51,570 bases of DNA from a virus. Lineage: Duplodnaviria; Caudoviricetes. The stretch covers positions 1 to 51,570 of the IMG/VR virus record IMGVR_UViG_3300034142_000033. One strand, 5' to 3'. Positions 5,803 through 15,274 of the stretch are shown piece after piece. Below the pieces are notes generated by a model. The model had not been told where the DNA came from. It was given only the letters and a program-made list of their open reading frames with translations, and did not search any database. The position numbers and the translations under genes were made by a program. Position 1 is the first letter of the stretch; each line of letters starts with the position of its first letter.

Positions 5803-8372
5803 TCCACCTGCTCCACGTAAAGCTTAAGGCTGAGGTTCTGGGTCGTCGTCGCGCTGCCCGACGACTTCCTGTCGACGATCCGGAACTCGTAGGAGGTAGA
5901 GGCGGTGAGCCCGGAAAGCGTCACCGAAGCGACGTTCAGGCTGCCGGGGATGTTCACCGTCGGCGCCCCCGCTTCGCTCTCCCAGCTCGCCTGGCTCCCC
6001 GTGCGCTCGCTTCCCGGCACATCGGCCCAGACGCCGCTCCCGGTCGTCCGGTACTGGACCTTGAATTGGCAGGTGATCGTCTCCGGCTCGGGCGCATAAT
6101 AGCGCCCGCTAAGGCTGACCTTGATTTTACCGGTGGCGGACGAGCTCAGCGCCACCGACGTGCCGTGCACTGTATAGCTCGTGTAGTTGATCTGCGAACT
6201 GACCGTGCGCGCCGCCGAGACCGTGCCGGCCCCGCCTTCTACCGAGGTCGAGAAGGTGAGCTTCCCCGAACTCGACTGGCCGCCGGCAACGACCGTGTAG
6301 CGGATCTCGCCGGCGTCGGCGCTGATCACATTGAGCAGGATCGAATTGCCCGAGACCGAGGCGGTGCAGCCGATCGTCGAGGTGATCGTGATCGAGGTGA
6401 GGGCGATTGCCCCCGCGCCCTGCTGCGCGGTGAACTTGAACTGCTTCGGCAACTCGCCTGGCTTCGGATCGCCGGCCGCGTCGCATTGCACCTGGTGCGT
6501 GGCGGGGGAGGCCGTCACGAGCACCGGAGACACGCCGTCGTCGCCGGCCGTCCCCGCGGGGCCGAACGCGATGTCGACGAGCTCGGCCGGCACCGCCTGC
6601 AGGATCATGTCGAGCGCCAGCCGGATTCCAGTCGCGACCGTGCGGGCGGCGATCAGCGGCACCCCGTTCTTGAGGTACCGCACGCGGCGGCCGTCATAAT
6701 GGACGGTGAAAAGGTCCGCGGTCGTATAGGTGGTGACGCTCGCCGCCACGATCACGTTGCTCTCGCGGATGTCGACGGTGCCGTCGAACTTCAGGAAAAA
6801 CGAATAGTCGATCCTCGAGGTGCCCAGCGCTCCCGCCGGGGGCGGGTCGCTGTTCAGGCCGAAATAGACGTTGCGGTTGGTCTGCGCCGCCCGGCAGGAG
6901 GCAAAGGCGCCCCCCGTGAACGCCTCCTGGCTGTAGACCGCGGTGTCGGAATAGCTGGTCGCGCCGCTGAGCTTCTTGGCGCTGGTCGGCGACGGCGATC
7001 GCGTGTTCGTGTTCGCGTGCAGGAGCGTGAACTGGCCGGCGCCGCCTTGCACGAACACCCGCCACCAGGCGTTGCTGGTCGCGGGAAGCCCCGGCGGCGC
7101 GTTCCCGGCCGAGGGCGCCGTGTTGACGTAGAGCCAGCTCCAGCCCTGGTCCTGGACGATATGCCCTTCGCGGTAGGTCTCGGCGACATTGTAGGCGCCG
7201 CGGTCGACCAGCGGCGCGGTGAAGGCCACGTCCTGAAGTCCGTGGACGAACCAGCTCGGCTCCGACCCGATCGCCAGCCGCCAGAACGGCGCGTCGACCG
7301 CAACCTGCTCGAACGGCGCCGTAGGGGGCAGGGAAGCCCCCGTGGCGTCGAGCGTCACCGAAGCGGCGTTGATGCCTATCGGAGCCACGAACAACCGTCC
7401 CAGCCAGTCCACACCGGCCACCGCGTTGACGCTCGCAGCGATGCGCTGGATCAGCATCCGGGCGGTCGTCTGGTCGGCAACGTGCAGCGAGATCGGCCAC
7501 GGCCGCGCGGCGTCGAGCGCGTCCATCGAGGCTTCGTCGAACCGGCCGGCGCCGCCGGCGAGCAGCGCGATCCGCTTGATCGTGGCGCCCGGCAGCCGGG
7601 TCCAGCCGTCCGGCCCGGCCTTGTCGCCCTTCACATGGTAGGTGAGCGGCGGCACGGGCGCCGCGCCATGCCTGAGCAGCCCTGCCGCCAGGCACGTTCC
7701 CCACGCGCCGGCCGGGATCGTCGCCGCCACCAAAGCGGCGTAGCTGGCGAAATCGCCGGCCGAGGCCCCGAACCGCACCACTCGTTCGAACGCCGTCTCC
7801 ACCGCATCGATCGCGCCATAGGCCGAAAGCTGCAGGACATTGTTGACGCTGTCGACCATGATGCCGGGGACGAACCGCGGCGCGCCGAGCGCAAGCGGCT
7901 TCGGCTGGCCCTTCTGCCCGGCCTCGCCCTCGGCGCCGCCCGTGCCGGCATAGGTGGCGAGCAGGGGAGCATCGAGCCAGCGATCGTCCACCGCGAACGG
8001 TATCTCGGCCACCCCTTCGGCGAGGTTCGGCTGCGCCAGCACCCTGCCGTCGAACCGGAGCGTGAACCCGCCCCACGCGTCTCCTGCCTTGCCCGTCCAG
8101 ATCCTGAGGCGGGCGTCGGCAAGGATGAACCGGCCGAAGTTAGGCCACGGCTCGGCCGCGATCGACACCGCCGAATCCGGCGTCACGATCCCGCCGGCGA
8201 AGGCGCCCTCGAAGAACTCGTAGCGCAGCGCCGGGAGCTGCGCGATCGCCGGCCACCAGGTCTGCCCGTCGAGATGGCAGACGCGCTCGTCGTCGACGCT
8301 CGAGGCGCGCAGGCTCACCGCCGCGGCCGCGACCGGGTCGTAGCCGTCGATCTGTACGAGGACAGCCGTCAT
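5799..8372 (-). CDS. Tail tip / host-recognition protein
   Basis: 857 aa, GQPKPLALG hub-like N-terminus, S/T/G-rich beta C-terminus. Confidence 0.75.
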   Translation of the reverse strand: MTAVLVQIDGYDPVAAAAVSLRASSVDDERVCHLDGQTWWPAIAQLPALRYEFFEGAFAGGIVTPDSAVSIAAEPWPNFGRFILADARLRIWTGKAGDAWGGFTLRFDGRVLAQPNLAEGVAEIPFAVDDRWLDAPLLATYAGTGGAEGEAGQKGQPKPLALGAPRFVPGIMVDSVNNVLQLSAYGAIDAVETAFERVVRFGASAGDFASYAALVAATIPAGAWGTCLAAGLLRHGAAPVPPLTYHVKGDKAGPDGWTRLPGATIKRIALLAGGAGRFDEASMDALDAARPWPISLHVADQTTARMLIQRIAASVNAVAGVDWLGRLFVAPIGINAASVTLDATGASLPPTAPFEQVAVDAPFWRLAIGSEPSWFVHGLQDVAFTAPLVDRGAYNVAETYREGHIVQDQGWSWLYVNTAPSAGNAPPGLPATSNAWWRVFVQGGAGQFTLLHANTNTRSPSPTSAKKLSGATSYSDTAVYSQEAFTGGAFASCRAAQTNRNVYFGLNSDPPPAGALGTSRIDYSFFLKFDGTVDIRESNVIVAASVTTYTTADLFTVHYDGRRVRYLKNGVPLIAARTVATGIRLALDMILQAVPAELVDIAFGPAGTAGDDGVSPVLVTASPATHQVQCDAAGDPKPGELPKQFKFTAQQGAGAIALTSITITSTIGCTASVSGNSILLNVISADAGEIRYTVVAGGQSSSGKLTFSTSVEGGAGTVSAARTVSSQINYTSYTVHGTSVALSSSATGKIKVSLSGRYYAPEPETITCQFKVQYRTTGSGVWADVPGSERTGSQASWESEAGAPTVNIPGSLNVASVTLSGLTASTSYEFRIVDRKSSGSATTTQNLSLKLYVEQVE

Positions 8373-8376
8373 CGCC

Positions 8377-9189
8377 CTAGCCGGCCCGCGGGATCGTGAT
8401 CAGGTCGACGAGGCTCGCGCGCCACTCATAGGCGCTTGCGTTCCTCCGCACGGTGCCGAGGTCGCCGGTCAGCGGCCCGAAATAGCAGCGCCGCTGCCGC
8501 ATCGCGTCCGCGGCCGGGTCGGTCACCAGCGCGATCGGCTCCTGCGAGCCGACCAGCTCGATCAGCGGCTGCACCTTGGCCTCCACCTCGTCCTCTCGGA
8601 CATGGGCGAAGCTGAGGCCGACCGTGCGGAGCTTGGCCGCGCGACGGCGCAGCATCACGCCCTGGGCCGAAAAGTCGACGGCGCCGAGGTCGCGCAGCCC
8701 GAAACCGGCCCCGAAGCCGAAGTTGCGCTCGAGGGTGAGGCGATTGCCCAGCACGATGCGGCCGACCGTCGCCGCATCCGTGCCGAGCCCGGCGATGGTG
8801 AAGCGCCAGTAGCGGCGGTTCGCCGTGGTGGTCGCCGACTCCCACCAGCCGACGCCGCGGCCGTGCGTCGGCATTGTCTCCCCGGCGAGGAACGGAATCG
8901 TCCCGGATGACCAGATGCTGGTGGTCGTCGCCGAATCGGTGGACCCCTCCACAAGCAGCGTCCAGGCGGAAGTCGCGCCCGTGCACCCGAACAGCAAAGC
9001 CGTGTCCGGAGCCGCTTGGTTGCCGGCTCCGAGATCGATCGTGATGCGGCGAAAGCTGAGGCCGGTCGCGCTCTTCCATACGACACCGCTATAGTCGTTG
9101 GCGACGTTCATCGGGTCGTAACCCGCGGCGGTCGACGTCGCGCTCGCCGCCGCGATCGGCAGCGGGCGCAGCACCCAGGCATTGGCCAT
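8377..9189 (-). CDS. Minor tail (distal tail-like) protein
   Basis: Follows the tape measure; NRRYWRFTI discoidin-like motif. Confidence 0.65.
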   Translation of the reverse strand: MANAWVLRPLPIAAASATSTAAGYDPMNVANDYSGVVWKSATGLSFRRITIDLGAGNQAAPDTALLFGCTGATSAWTLLVEGSTDSATTTSIWSSGTIPFLAGETMPTHGRGVGWWESATTTANRRYWRFTIAGLGTDAATVGRIVLGNRLTLERNFGFGAGFGLRDLGAVDFSAQGVMLRRRAAKLRTVGLSFAHVREDEVEAKVQPLIELVGSQEPIALVTDPAADAMRQRRCYFGPLTGDLGTVRRNASAYEWRASLVDLITIPRAG

Positions 9190-9198
9190 ATGGAGCCC

Positions 9199-9561
9199 CT
9201 ATCCGAAAAGTTCGTAGGTGGTGGTCTCGTCCTCAAGGCTGAGCTCGATCTTGGCGGCCAGGAAGGTGCCGGCGACATTCTGTTCCGGGTCGGTCGCCGC
9301 GACGCTCGGCACCCCGGACAACGGGTCCGGCCAGACGATCTCGCCGGCCACGGCTGTCAGCCGCCGCCGCTCCACCCCGATCAGCGCCGCCCGCTGCGCG
9401 AGCGCCGCCGCCGCGTCGGCCGCGAGGTCGAACATGCCTTCGGCCGGCGCACCCTCGCCGTCGCGGGCGTTCGGGTACCGGCTCTTGATGGCGGCATTCG
9501 ACCACGTCTCGATGCGGGCGGGGCGGGTCGCGGCCCCGATGTCGGCCGGCAGCGCGGGCAT
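9199..9561 (-). CDS. Minor tail protein
   Basis: Start MPALPAD directly after the tape-measure stop. Confidence 0.65.
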   Translation of the reverse strand: MPALPADIGAATRPARIETWSNAAIKSRYPNARDGEGAPAEGMFDLAADAAAALAQRAALIGVERRRLTAVAGEIVWPDPLSGVPSVAATDPEQNVAGTFLAAKIELSLEDETTTYELFG

Positions 9562-9562
9562 C

Positions 9563-12500
9563 TCAGCCGCTCCTCGCGAAGCCGCGGTTGGCGCCGATGA
9601 ACGCCCCACCGCCACCGCCGCCGCCCAGGAGCGCGGACATGGTCCGGTTCAGCACGTCGAGCTGATTGCTCACCTGGTTGAGCAGCTCGTTCGCGCCCGC
9701 GGTGTTCTTCGCGGTCGCTTCGGTGAACGGGTCCCTCGGCTTGGAGATCGGCACCGCTTTGTCGATCTTGTCAATCGCCTGGCCGGTGGCATCCTGGATG
9801 AGGTCCATGCCCTCGAAGAACTTGCCGGTCGAGCCGTAAAGCTGCCGCTCGATGTCGAGCCAGAGCTGGGCCGCCTCCTGATACTTCGCTTGGTCGATAT
9901 TGTCGCCGGCCGCGATCTTGTCGAGGAACGGATCGAGCGCCGCCCACGCCTTCGCTTCCTGGTCGCGCAGCGAGTGCGGGCTGGCCGGCCCGAAATCGAG
10001 GCTCTTGAGGAAGTCCTTGAGCCCCTGCGACGCCGCCGGGATGTTCTCTTTGATCTCCTCGAGCTGGATATTGTAGAGCTTCTGGGCGTCGGCCATTTCC
10101 GCGGCGCTCGCGCTCCCCTCCTTCAGCGCCGCCACCGTCTTGGCCCAGTCGGCGTTGAGCTCGTCGATCGCCGCGCCGACAGGATCGAAATGCGCCTTGA
10201 GCAGCTTCGGCACTGCCTGCACCCGCAGCACCTTGTCGATCTGCGCATCGATGTCCTTGCCGGCCTGCAGCAGTCGCTTCTGGGTGGCGTTGAGCCCCCC
10301 GATCACGCCGTCCCGGATAGCCTCCTCGATGGCGTAGCGGATCGCCGCCTCCTGGTCCTCGCCGAAGTCGATCGCGCCCCTCTTGCGCTTGGTTATCCCT
10401 TGCCCGGTCGGGTCCACGCGCCAGTCGCCGTCGCGCACGCCGATCGAGACCGAGCCGCGCCCGGTCACGATACCGCCGAGCGCCTCCGCGATCCGGTTCA
10501 AGGTATCGGCAACCGTTCCCATCGCCCCGCTGGCCGCCGTCACGCTCTTGCCGCTGTTGCCGGCCGTCCATCCGACGCCGAGCGAGCCGCCGCCCGCGCC
10601 CAGCGTCGCGCTCCCTTTTTTATCGCCCAGCACCGCATTCGCGAGCAGTGTCCCGACCGGCCCGAGGAACTGGCCGAGGATGCCGCCGCGCTGCTTTATC
10701 CCGAGCACGTCGTGCATCACGTCGCTCGCCATCATCGCCGCGCCCAGATAGGGCATAGCCGAGCCGATGCTCCCGAGCATCCCGGCCGCCCCGCCGGCGG
10801 CGGCGCCGCCCGGGCCCGAGGCCGCCACCCCCATCCCGGCCAGCATTTCGTCGAGCGACGCGCCGCCGCCATAGGCGATGTCGTGCCCGTTCCCGGAGCC
10901 CCACGTCGGCAGCGGGAAACCGCCGCTGGCGCCGCCGGCTTGACCCTGCCCAGCACCGAGCAGCCAGCTCAGCGGGTTGCCGCCTCCCTGGCCGGCCGGC
11001 GCGTTGTTGATCTGGCCGAGGATGCTGCCAAGGCTCGTCGACTGCCCTGACAGCAGCGCGATCGCCCATTGCGCCGCCAGCTCGGCGATGGCGCGGCGGC
11101 CCATCTTCTCGAAGTCGTCCCAGATCGAATCGCCGCCGCTCTCGAACGCGTCCTCGAAGAAATCGGCGAGGCCGTCGACGCGGTCCTCATATTCCTTTTG
11201 CTGATCCTCCCAGAACTGCTCCTGCTGCTCCATCGCCTCGGCGGCGCGGTCCTGCATCTCTTTCCACCGCCGCTCGCCCTCACGCGTGATTTCGAGCCCG
11301 TCTTTCTGCGCCTGGCTTATCTTCGCCTCGGCGCGGGCAACGGCCTCGGTAGCGGCGGCGCGTTCACTGAGCGTCTTGGTGAGGTCCTCAGCGATGCCGA
11401 GCTGCGCCACCATCGCCGCATAGGCTTGCTGGCGCTCCTGCCGCTCGGCTGCCGTGAGGTCGCTCGCCTCGCCGGCCATGCCGACCATCTCCGCATAGGC
11501 GGCGGCCAGCCGGTCGAAGGTCGCCAGTTGCGCCGTCACTTCGGCGCTGACAGCCGATTCGGCTTTTCGCCGGTCCTCAGGCAGTTTCGCCAGCTGCTCT
11601 TCGGTCTGTGCGCGGATCTGGGCGATTTGCTTTTCGGCCGCTGCCTCGGCCTCAAGGCCCTCGACGCGAAGATGTGTGGCGTCGAGGCTCGCGACCTGCT
11701 TCTCGAACGTGTCCGACACGGCGTCTGTGACGTCCCGCTGGACCTGCTCCAGCCGCTCGGCAGCCGCGACTTGAGCCTGAATCGCCTGCTCGCCGGCCGC
11801 GAGCGCATCTGTGGGGAAGACGCCCTTGGTAGGGTCCACCGACTTGGCGCCTTGCCGCACCTCATAGTGCAGATGCGGCCCCGTGCTGTTCCCGGCGCCG
11901 GGAGCGCCCTTGGCGCCACCACTATAGCCGATCACCTGCCCCTGCTCGACCCATTGTCCTGGTTCGACAGCAAAGCGGCTGAGGTGCGCATAACGCGTGC
12001 TGGTGCCCCGCCCGTGGCCCATCTCGATGAGATTGCCGAACGCCCCCCGCTCCGCGGCGATCTCGACGATACCGGCCGCCGCCGCGCGTATGGCGGTGCC
12101 GACTTCGGTTTTGATGTCGATGCCGGCGTGACGGTGCCCGGGCCGGGGCTCATTGTAACGCCCGGTAATCCCACCCTCGACGGGGCTGACGAACTGGGTG
12201 AGGTCACCGTCCGGCCGGGACTTCTTTCGGCCCTCGCGCTCGGCGTCCCGTGCAGCTTTGACCTCGGCGTCCCGAGTCCTGGTGATCTTTTCCAGCTCGG
12301 CCTTATACTCGCTGTCGTCGATCTGCTTCGCGCGCCGCTGCAGCCTCAGACGCTTTTGAGCCTCGGCGAAGCGGTCGGTCGCCGCCGCCGCCGCGTCGAG
12401 GCCGGCCGCGACTTCCCGGTCGAGGATCGGGAGCTTGAAGGTATTCGCCGCCCCAGCCGCTTTGACGATGGCCCTATCGAGCGTCTCGATGTTGGCCTCG

Positions 12501-13600
12501 GTCTGAGCCATCTGACGCTGAAGCTCAGGCAGCCTGAAAGCGGCTGCGTCGCTGTTCGCCGAGGCGCTGGTCGCCCGCGTGATCTGCGCGCGCAGTTGGC
12601 TCCGCTGATCCTCGAGCCGGGCCCTGGTGACGTTCCTCGTCTGGATCGCGAGCGTTCCAAGCTGCACCGCTTCGGCATAGGCCGCTTTCTCGCGGTCGGC
12701 CGCCGTCTCAAGCTGCTTTCGCGAAACCCTGTCCAGCTCGTTGATCGCCTCCACCAGGCCGGGGATCGTCCGCTTCCAGCGCTCCTTCGCCTCCCTCGTG
12801 GCGTCGGCCTGCTTGGCCTGCTTCTCCATCGCGGCCGTGGCGTCGTCGACCGCATTTTCCGTCTCGAACAGCTTGGGGATGAACATGCCCAGCACCATGC
12901 CGCCGCCGAGGATGGCGGCTCCCCACGGGCCGGAAAGGGTCGCGGCAATCTTCCCGGCCGTGCCGCCCATGCCCTGCATGACGTAGCTCATCTGGCTCGC
13001 TTGCTGGGCGAACGCGACCATCGGATTTACGCCGCCCTGGACTTGGATCAGGAAATCCTGGACCTGCTGGGAGCCTTGGACGAACGCCATGTTTGACCCG
13101 CGGACGGCCGGCGTGAGAGCGCGGGTCCCAGTAACCACTGATCCCTGCGCCACCGCGACCTGGTTGAGCTCGGTCTGGAGCCGCTCCAGCGCGTTCGCCT
13201 GCTGGTTTGCCGCGCGGGCCTGCCCTTCCGCCTCGATCGCCGCTGCGCGGGCCGCTTGCACGTAGAGGCGGGTGGCCTCGCTGTCGTCGCTGTTCGCCTT
13301 GGCCGCGGCTGCGGCGGCGGCGGCGACCTGCCGCAGCGCCGCCGCCTGCTGATCGGCCGCTGCCGCCGCCTCCCTGGCCGCGCCGACATTGACGTCGAGC
13401 CCGCCTTGCGCCGTCTTCGGCAGCGTCAGCGCCTTCGCGGCAATCTGCTGCACCTCGCGGAAGCTGGTTTCGAAGTGGCTGCGGGTGCGCGAGGCGGCGT
13501 CTCGCGCCTGCGTCTCCATTTCGCCGAACAGCCGTGCATTCTCCGAGGAGAAGCGCTGGCCGTTCATCACCAGGCGGGCGACGATTTCAGGTCCGTTCAA
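9563..13600 (-). CDS. Tape measure protein with internal M23 peptidase domain
   Basis: 1345 aa, Ala-rich helical; lambda TMP-like QQVQDFLIQVQGG..QQASQ; M23 motifs HAGID and STGPHLHYEVR. Confidence 0.9.
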   Translation of the reverse strand: MNGPEIVARLVMNGQRFSSENARLFGEMETQARDAASRTRSHFETSFREVQQIAAKALTLPKTAQGGLDVNVGAAREAAAAADQQAAALRQVAAAAAAAAKANSDDSEATRLYVQAARAAAIEAEGQARAANQQANALERLQTELNQVAVAQGSVVTGTRALTPAVRGSNMAFVQGSQQVQDFLIQVQGGVNPMVAFAQQASQMSYVMQGMGGTAGKIAATLSGPWGAAILGGGMVLGMFIPKLFETENAVDDATAAMEKQAKQADATREAKERWKRTIPGLVEAINELDRVSRKQLETAADREKAAYAEAVQLGTLAIQTRNVTRARLEDQRSQLRAQITRATSASANSDAAAFRLPELQRQMAQTEANIETLDRAIVKAAGAANTFKLPILDREVAAGLDAAAAATDRFAEAQKRLRLQRRAKQIDDSEYKAELEKITRTRDAEVKAARDAEREGRKKSRPDGDLTQFVSPVEGGITGRYNEPRPGHRHAGIDIKTEVGTAIRAAAAGIVEIAAERGAFGNLIEMGHGRGTSTRYAHLSRFAVEPGQWVEQGQVIGYSGGAKGAPGAGNSTGPHLHYEVRQGAKSVDPTKGVFPTDALAAGEQAIQAQVAAAERLEQVQRDVTDAVSDTFEKQVASLDATHLRVEGLEAEAAAEKQIAQIRAQTEEQLAKLPEDRRKAESAVSAEVTAQLATFDRLAAAYAEMVGMAGEASDLTAAERQERQQAYAAMVAQLGIAEDLTKTLSERAAATEAVARAEAKISQAQKDGLEITREGERRWKEMQDRAAEAMEQQEQFWEDQQKEYEDRVDGLADFFEDAFESGGDSIWDDFEKMGRRAIAELAAQWAIALLSGQSTSLGSILGQINNAPAGQGGGNPLSWLLGAGQGQAGGASGGFPLPTWGSGNGHDIAYGGGASLDEMLAGMGVAASGPGGAAAGGAAGMLGSIGSAMPYLGAAMMASDVMHDVLGIKQRGGILGQFLGPVGTLLANAVLGDKKGSATLGAGGGSLGVGWTAGNSGKSVTAASGAMGTVADTLNRIAEALGGIVTGRGSVSIGVRDGDWRVDPTGQGITKRKRGAIDFGEDQEAAIRYAIEEAIRDGVIGGLNATQKRLLQAGKDIDAQIDKVLRVQAVPKLLKAHFDPVGAAIDELNADWAKTVAALKEGSASAAEMADAQKLYNIQLEEIKENIPAASQGLKDFLKSLDFGPASPHSLRDQEAKAWAALDPFLDKIAAGDNIDQAKYQEAAQLWLDIERQLYGSTGKFFEGMDLIQDATGQAIDKIDKAVPISKPRDPFTEATAKNTAGANELLNQVSNQLDVLNRTMSALLGGGGGGGAFIGANRGFARSG

Positions 13601-13699
13601 CCTCGCCTCCCCAAAATGAGAAAGGGCGACCCCTGCGGACCGCCCGGAAAAACCATAAAAGTGTCCGCCTGACGCCCGCGCGGCAGTCGTCGCCCGCCG

Positions 13700-14359
13700 T
13701 CACAGCCTCCGGACCCGCGCTACAAAATCATCGTCCAGCCGTGACGCCGATCGCTCCGCGATCGGCTCGACTGCGAACGAATTGGCGAACGACACCTGCG
13801 GCACCAGCACGAAGATCGGCACGGTCTGGGCGCCGCGTACGAACCCGCGCCGATCGTCGGCCTTCGTCCGGGCGCGGGTGATCGGGCGAAACGTGCCGCC
13901 CCGCCCGGTCGTCCCCATGTCCGCGACCAGCAGCGACGCCCGCCCCGGCCGGTAGACGAACCGCAGCCGCCGTCCGGTCTGGCGCTCCCACTCGCCCGGC
14001 GACAGATCCCGGCCGCGCCCGCGGGTGCCAGCGGCGGGCAGAGGGATGGCGAGGAAGAAGCCGTCCTTGTTCTTGATTCGGCCCGCGCGGGTGTGGAACA
14101 CCATAGCGCCCTGCGAACGGCTTTTGCCGCTAACAAAGACTTCGCCGACCGGGTTCTGCGCGATCCTGCCCCCGCCCGGATAGACTTCGCTCCGCCACGC
14201 CCGCCACAGCCGGCCGCGCACCGCGGAGCGGGTCGCATCCTCCAGGTCGCGCTCGAGCCGCTTGGTGGCGTCCCCGATCGCGCCCTTGGCCGCGCCCAGC
14301 ACCGCCCGCGTCAACGCATCGACCTTGGCGGCATGGTCGTCGAGCGTGAACTCGATCAT
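13700..14359 (-). CDS. DUF6441-like tail completion protein
   Basis: FLAIPLPAAG, LRFVYRPGRASLLVAD, TVPIFVLVPQV. Confidence 0.75.
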   Translation of the reverse strand: MIEFTLDDHAAKVDALTRAVLGAAKGAIGDATKRLERDLEDATRSAVRGRLWRAWRSEVYPGGGRIAQNPVGEVFVSGKSRSQGAMVFHTRAGRIKNKDGFFLAIPLPAAGTRGRGRDLSPGEWERQTGRRLRFVYRPGRASLLVADMGTTGRGGTFRPITRARTKADDRRGFVRGAQTVPIFVLVPQVSFANSFAVEPIAERSASRLDDDFVARVRRL

Positions 14360-14683
14360 CTACTCCGCCTCCTTCGCCCACATCTCGAACATGCCGAACG
14401 CATCCATCAGCGCCGCCGGCTGCTCGCCCGCCCCGCCGACGCAAGGCAGGATTGAGCCTCCCGTCATCCGGATGGCGCCGCCCATCGTGGCGACTTCAGT
14501 TGACCCGCTCAGCCGCCGGCAGACGCGCCAGAGGTCAACGACGGCGAAGACTTCGGGCTCGATCGCGAGGAGCGGGTTTTCGAGCCAGACTTCGTCGCCG
14601 ATGAACCAGCCTTGCCCGTCGCCCCCGAAGGCGAAGTCTCCTGGGCGCTGTCGCGCTGTCCAGGCAGCGCGGAGGCGTTTTTT
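14360..14683 (-). CDS. -1 frameshift extension (gpT-like) of the tail assembly chaperone
   Basis: Slippery A_AAA_AAC at 14677-14683; the -1 frame stays open (KRLRAAWTARQRPGDF...WAKEAE) to TAG at 14360. Confidence 0.75.
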   Translation of the reverse strand, partial: KKRLRAAWTARQRPGDFAFGGDGQGWFIGDEVWLENPLLAIEPEVFAVVDLWRVCRRLSGSTEVATMGGAIRMTGGSILPCVGGAGEQPAALMDAFGMFEMWAKEAE

Positions 14684-15249
14684 TCCACACCCCCACCGTA
14701 CAGCAACTGATAGGCGAAGAAGCCGCCCGCCTGCACCGTCAGCGCGTCCAGCGCGCCCATGGCGTCGAGCGTGACGGTGCCATCGATCGCCTTCGTGAAC
14801 GGCGGCAGGTCATTGCCCTCCCAGCCGACGCAGAAGCGGCGGAACGCGACGACCGGCGCCAGCGCCTTCCGGCGTTCCAGCCGGCCGAGCAGCGCCTTGT
14901 AGGGCGGCCAGTGCTCCGCCAGCGCCTCGCGGGCCCCAGCGAGCGAGGCGGCCTCTTCGTCCGGCAGCTTCTCATTGCCGACCAGCGCGGCTTCCGCGCG
15001 CGCCCACTCGACGAGCTGGTTGGCGCCGTCCTGGTTGTCCGAGAGCAGCGCCTTCACGCCCTCCTCGAACGCCGCGCTGAGCTCGAAGTCGAACACGCGG
15101 CCGGCCCGATGCTCGCCGGCCAGCTCCGCCTCCAGCCCCGCCCGCTCGACGACCGTGCCCGCGCGGAAAAGGAAGCGCGGCCGCTCGCCGGATGCCGCAA
15201 GCCATTCCGGCGACCATGCGACCGGCTCCCTGTTCGACAACGCGATCAT
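14509..15249 (-). CDS. Tail assembly chaperone (gpG-like)
   Basis: Follows the tail tube gene; CVGWEG motif; low-complexity tail after the slippery site. Confidence 0.75.
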   Translation of the reverse strand: MIALSNREPVAWSPEWLAASGERPRFLFRAGTVVERAGLEAELAGEHRAGRVFDFELSAAFEEGVKALLSDNQDGANQLVEWARAEAALVGNEKLPDEEAASLAGAREALAEHWPPYKALLGRLERRKALAPVVAFRRFCVGWEGNDLPPFTKAIDGTVTLDAMGALDALTVQAGGFFAYQLLYGGGVEKNASALPGQRDSAQETSPSGATGKAGSSATKSGSKTRSSRSSPKSSPSLTSGASAGG

Positions 15250-15274
15250 AAATGCCCCTTTTTGAACGTGGAAA

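Noticed and set aside
5799-8372. Diversity-generating retroelement or invertible tail-fibre cassette
   Set aside because: No reverse transcriptase, invertase or TR/VR duplicate was seen.
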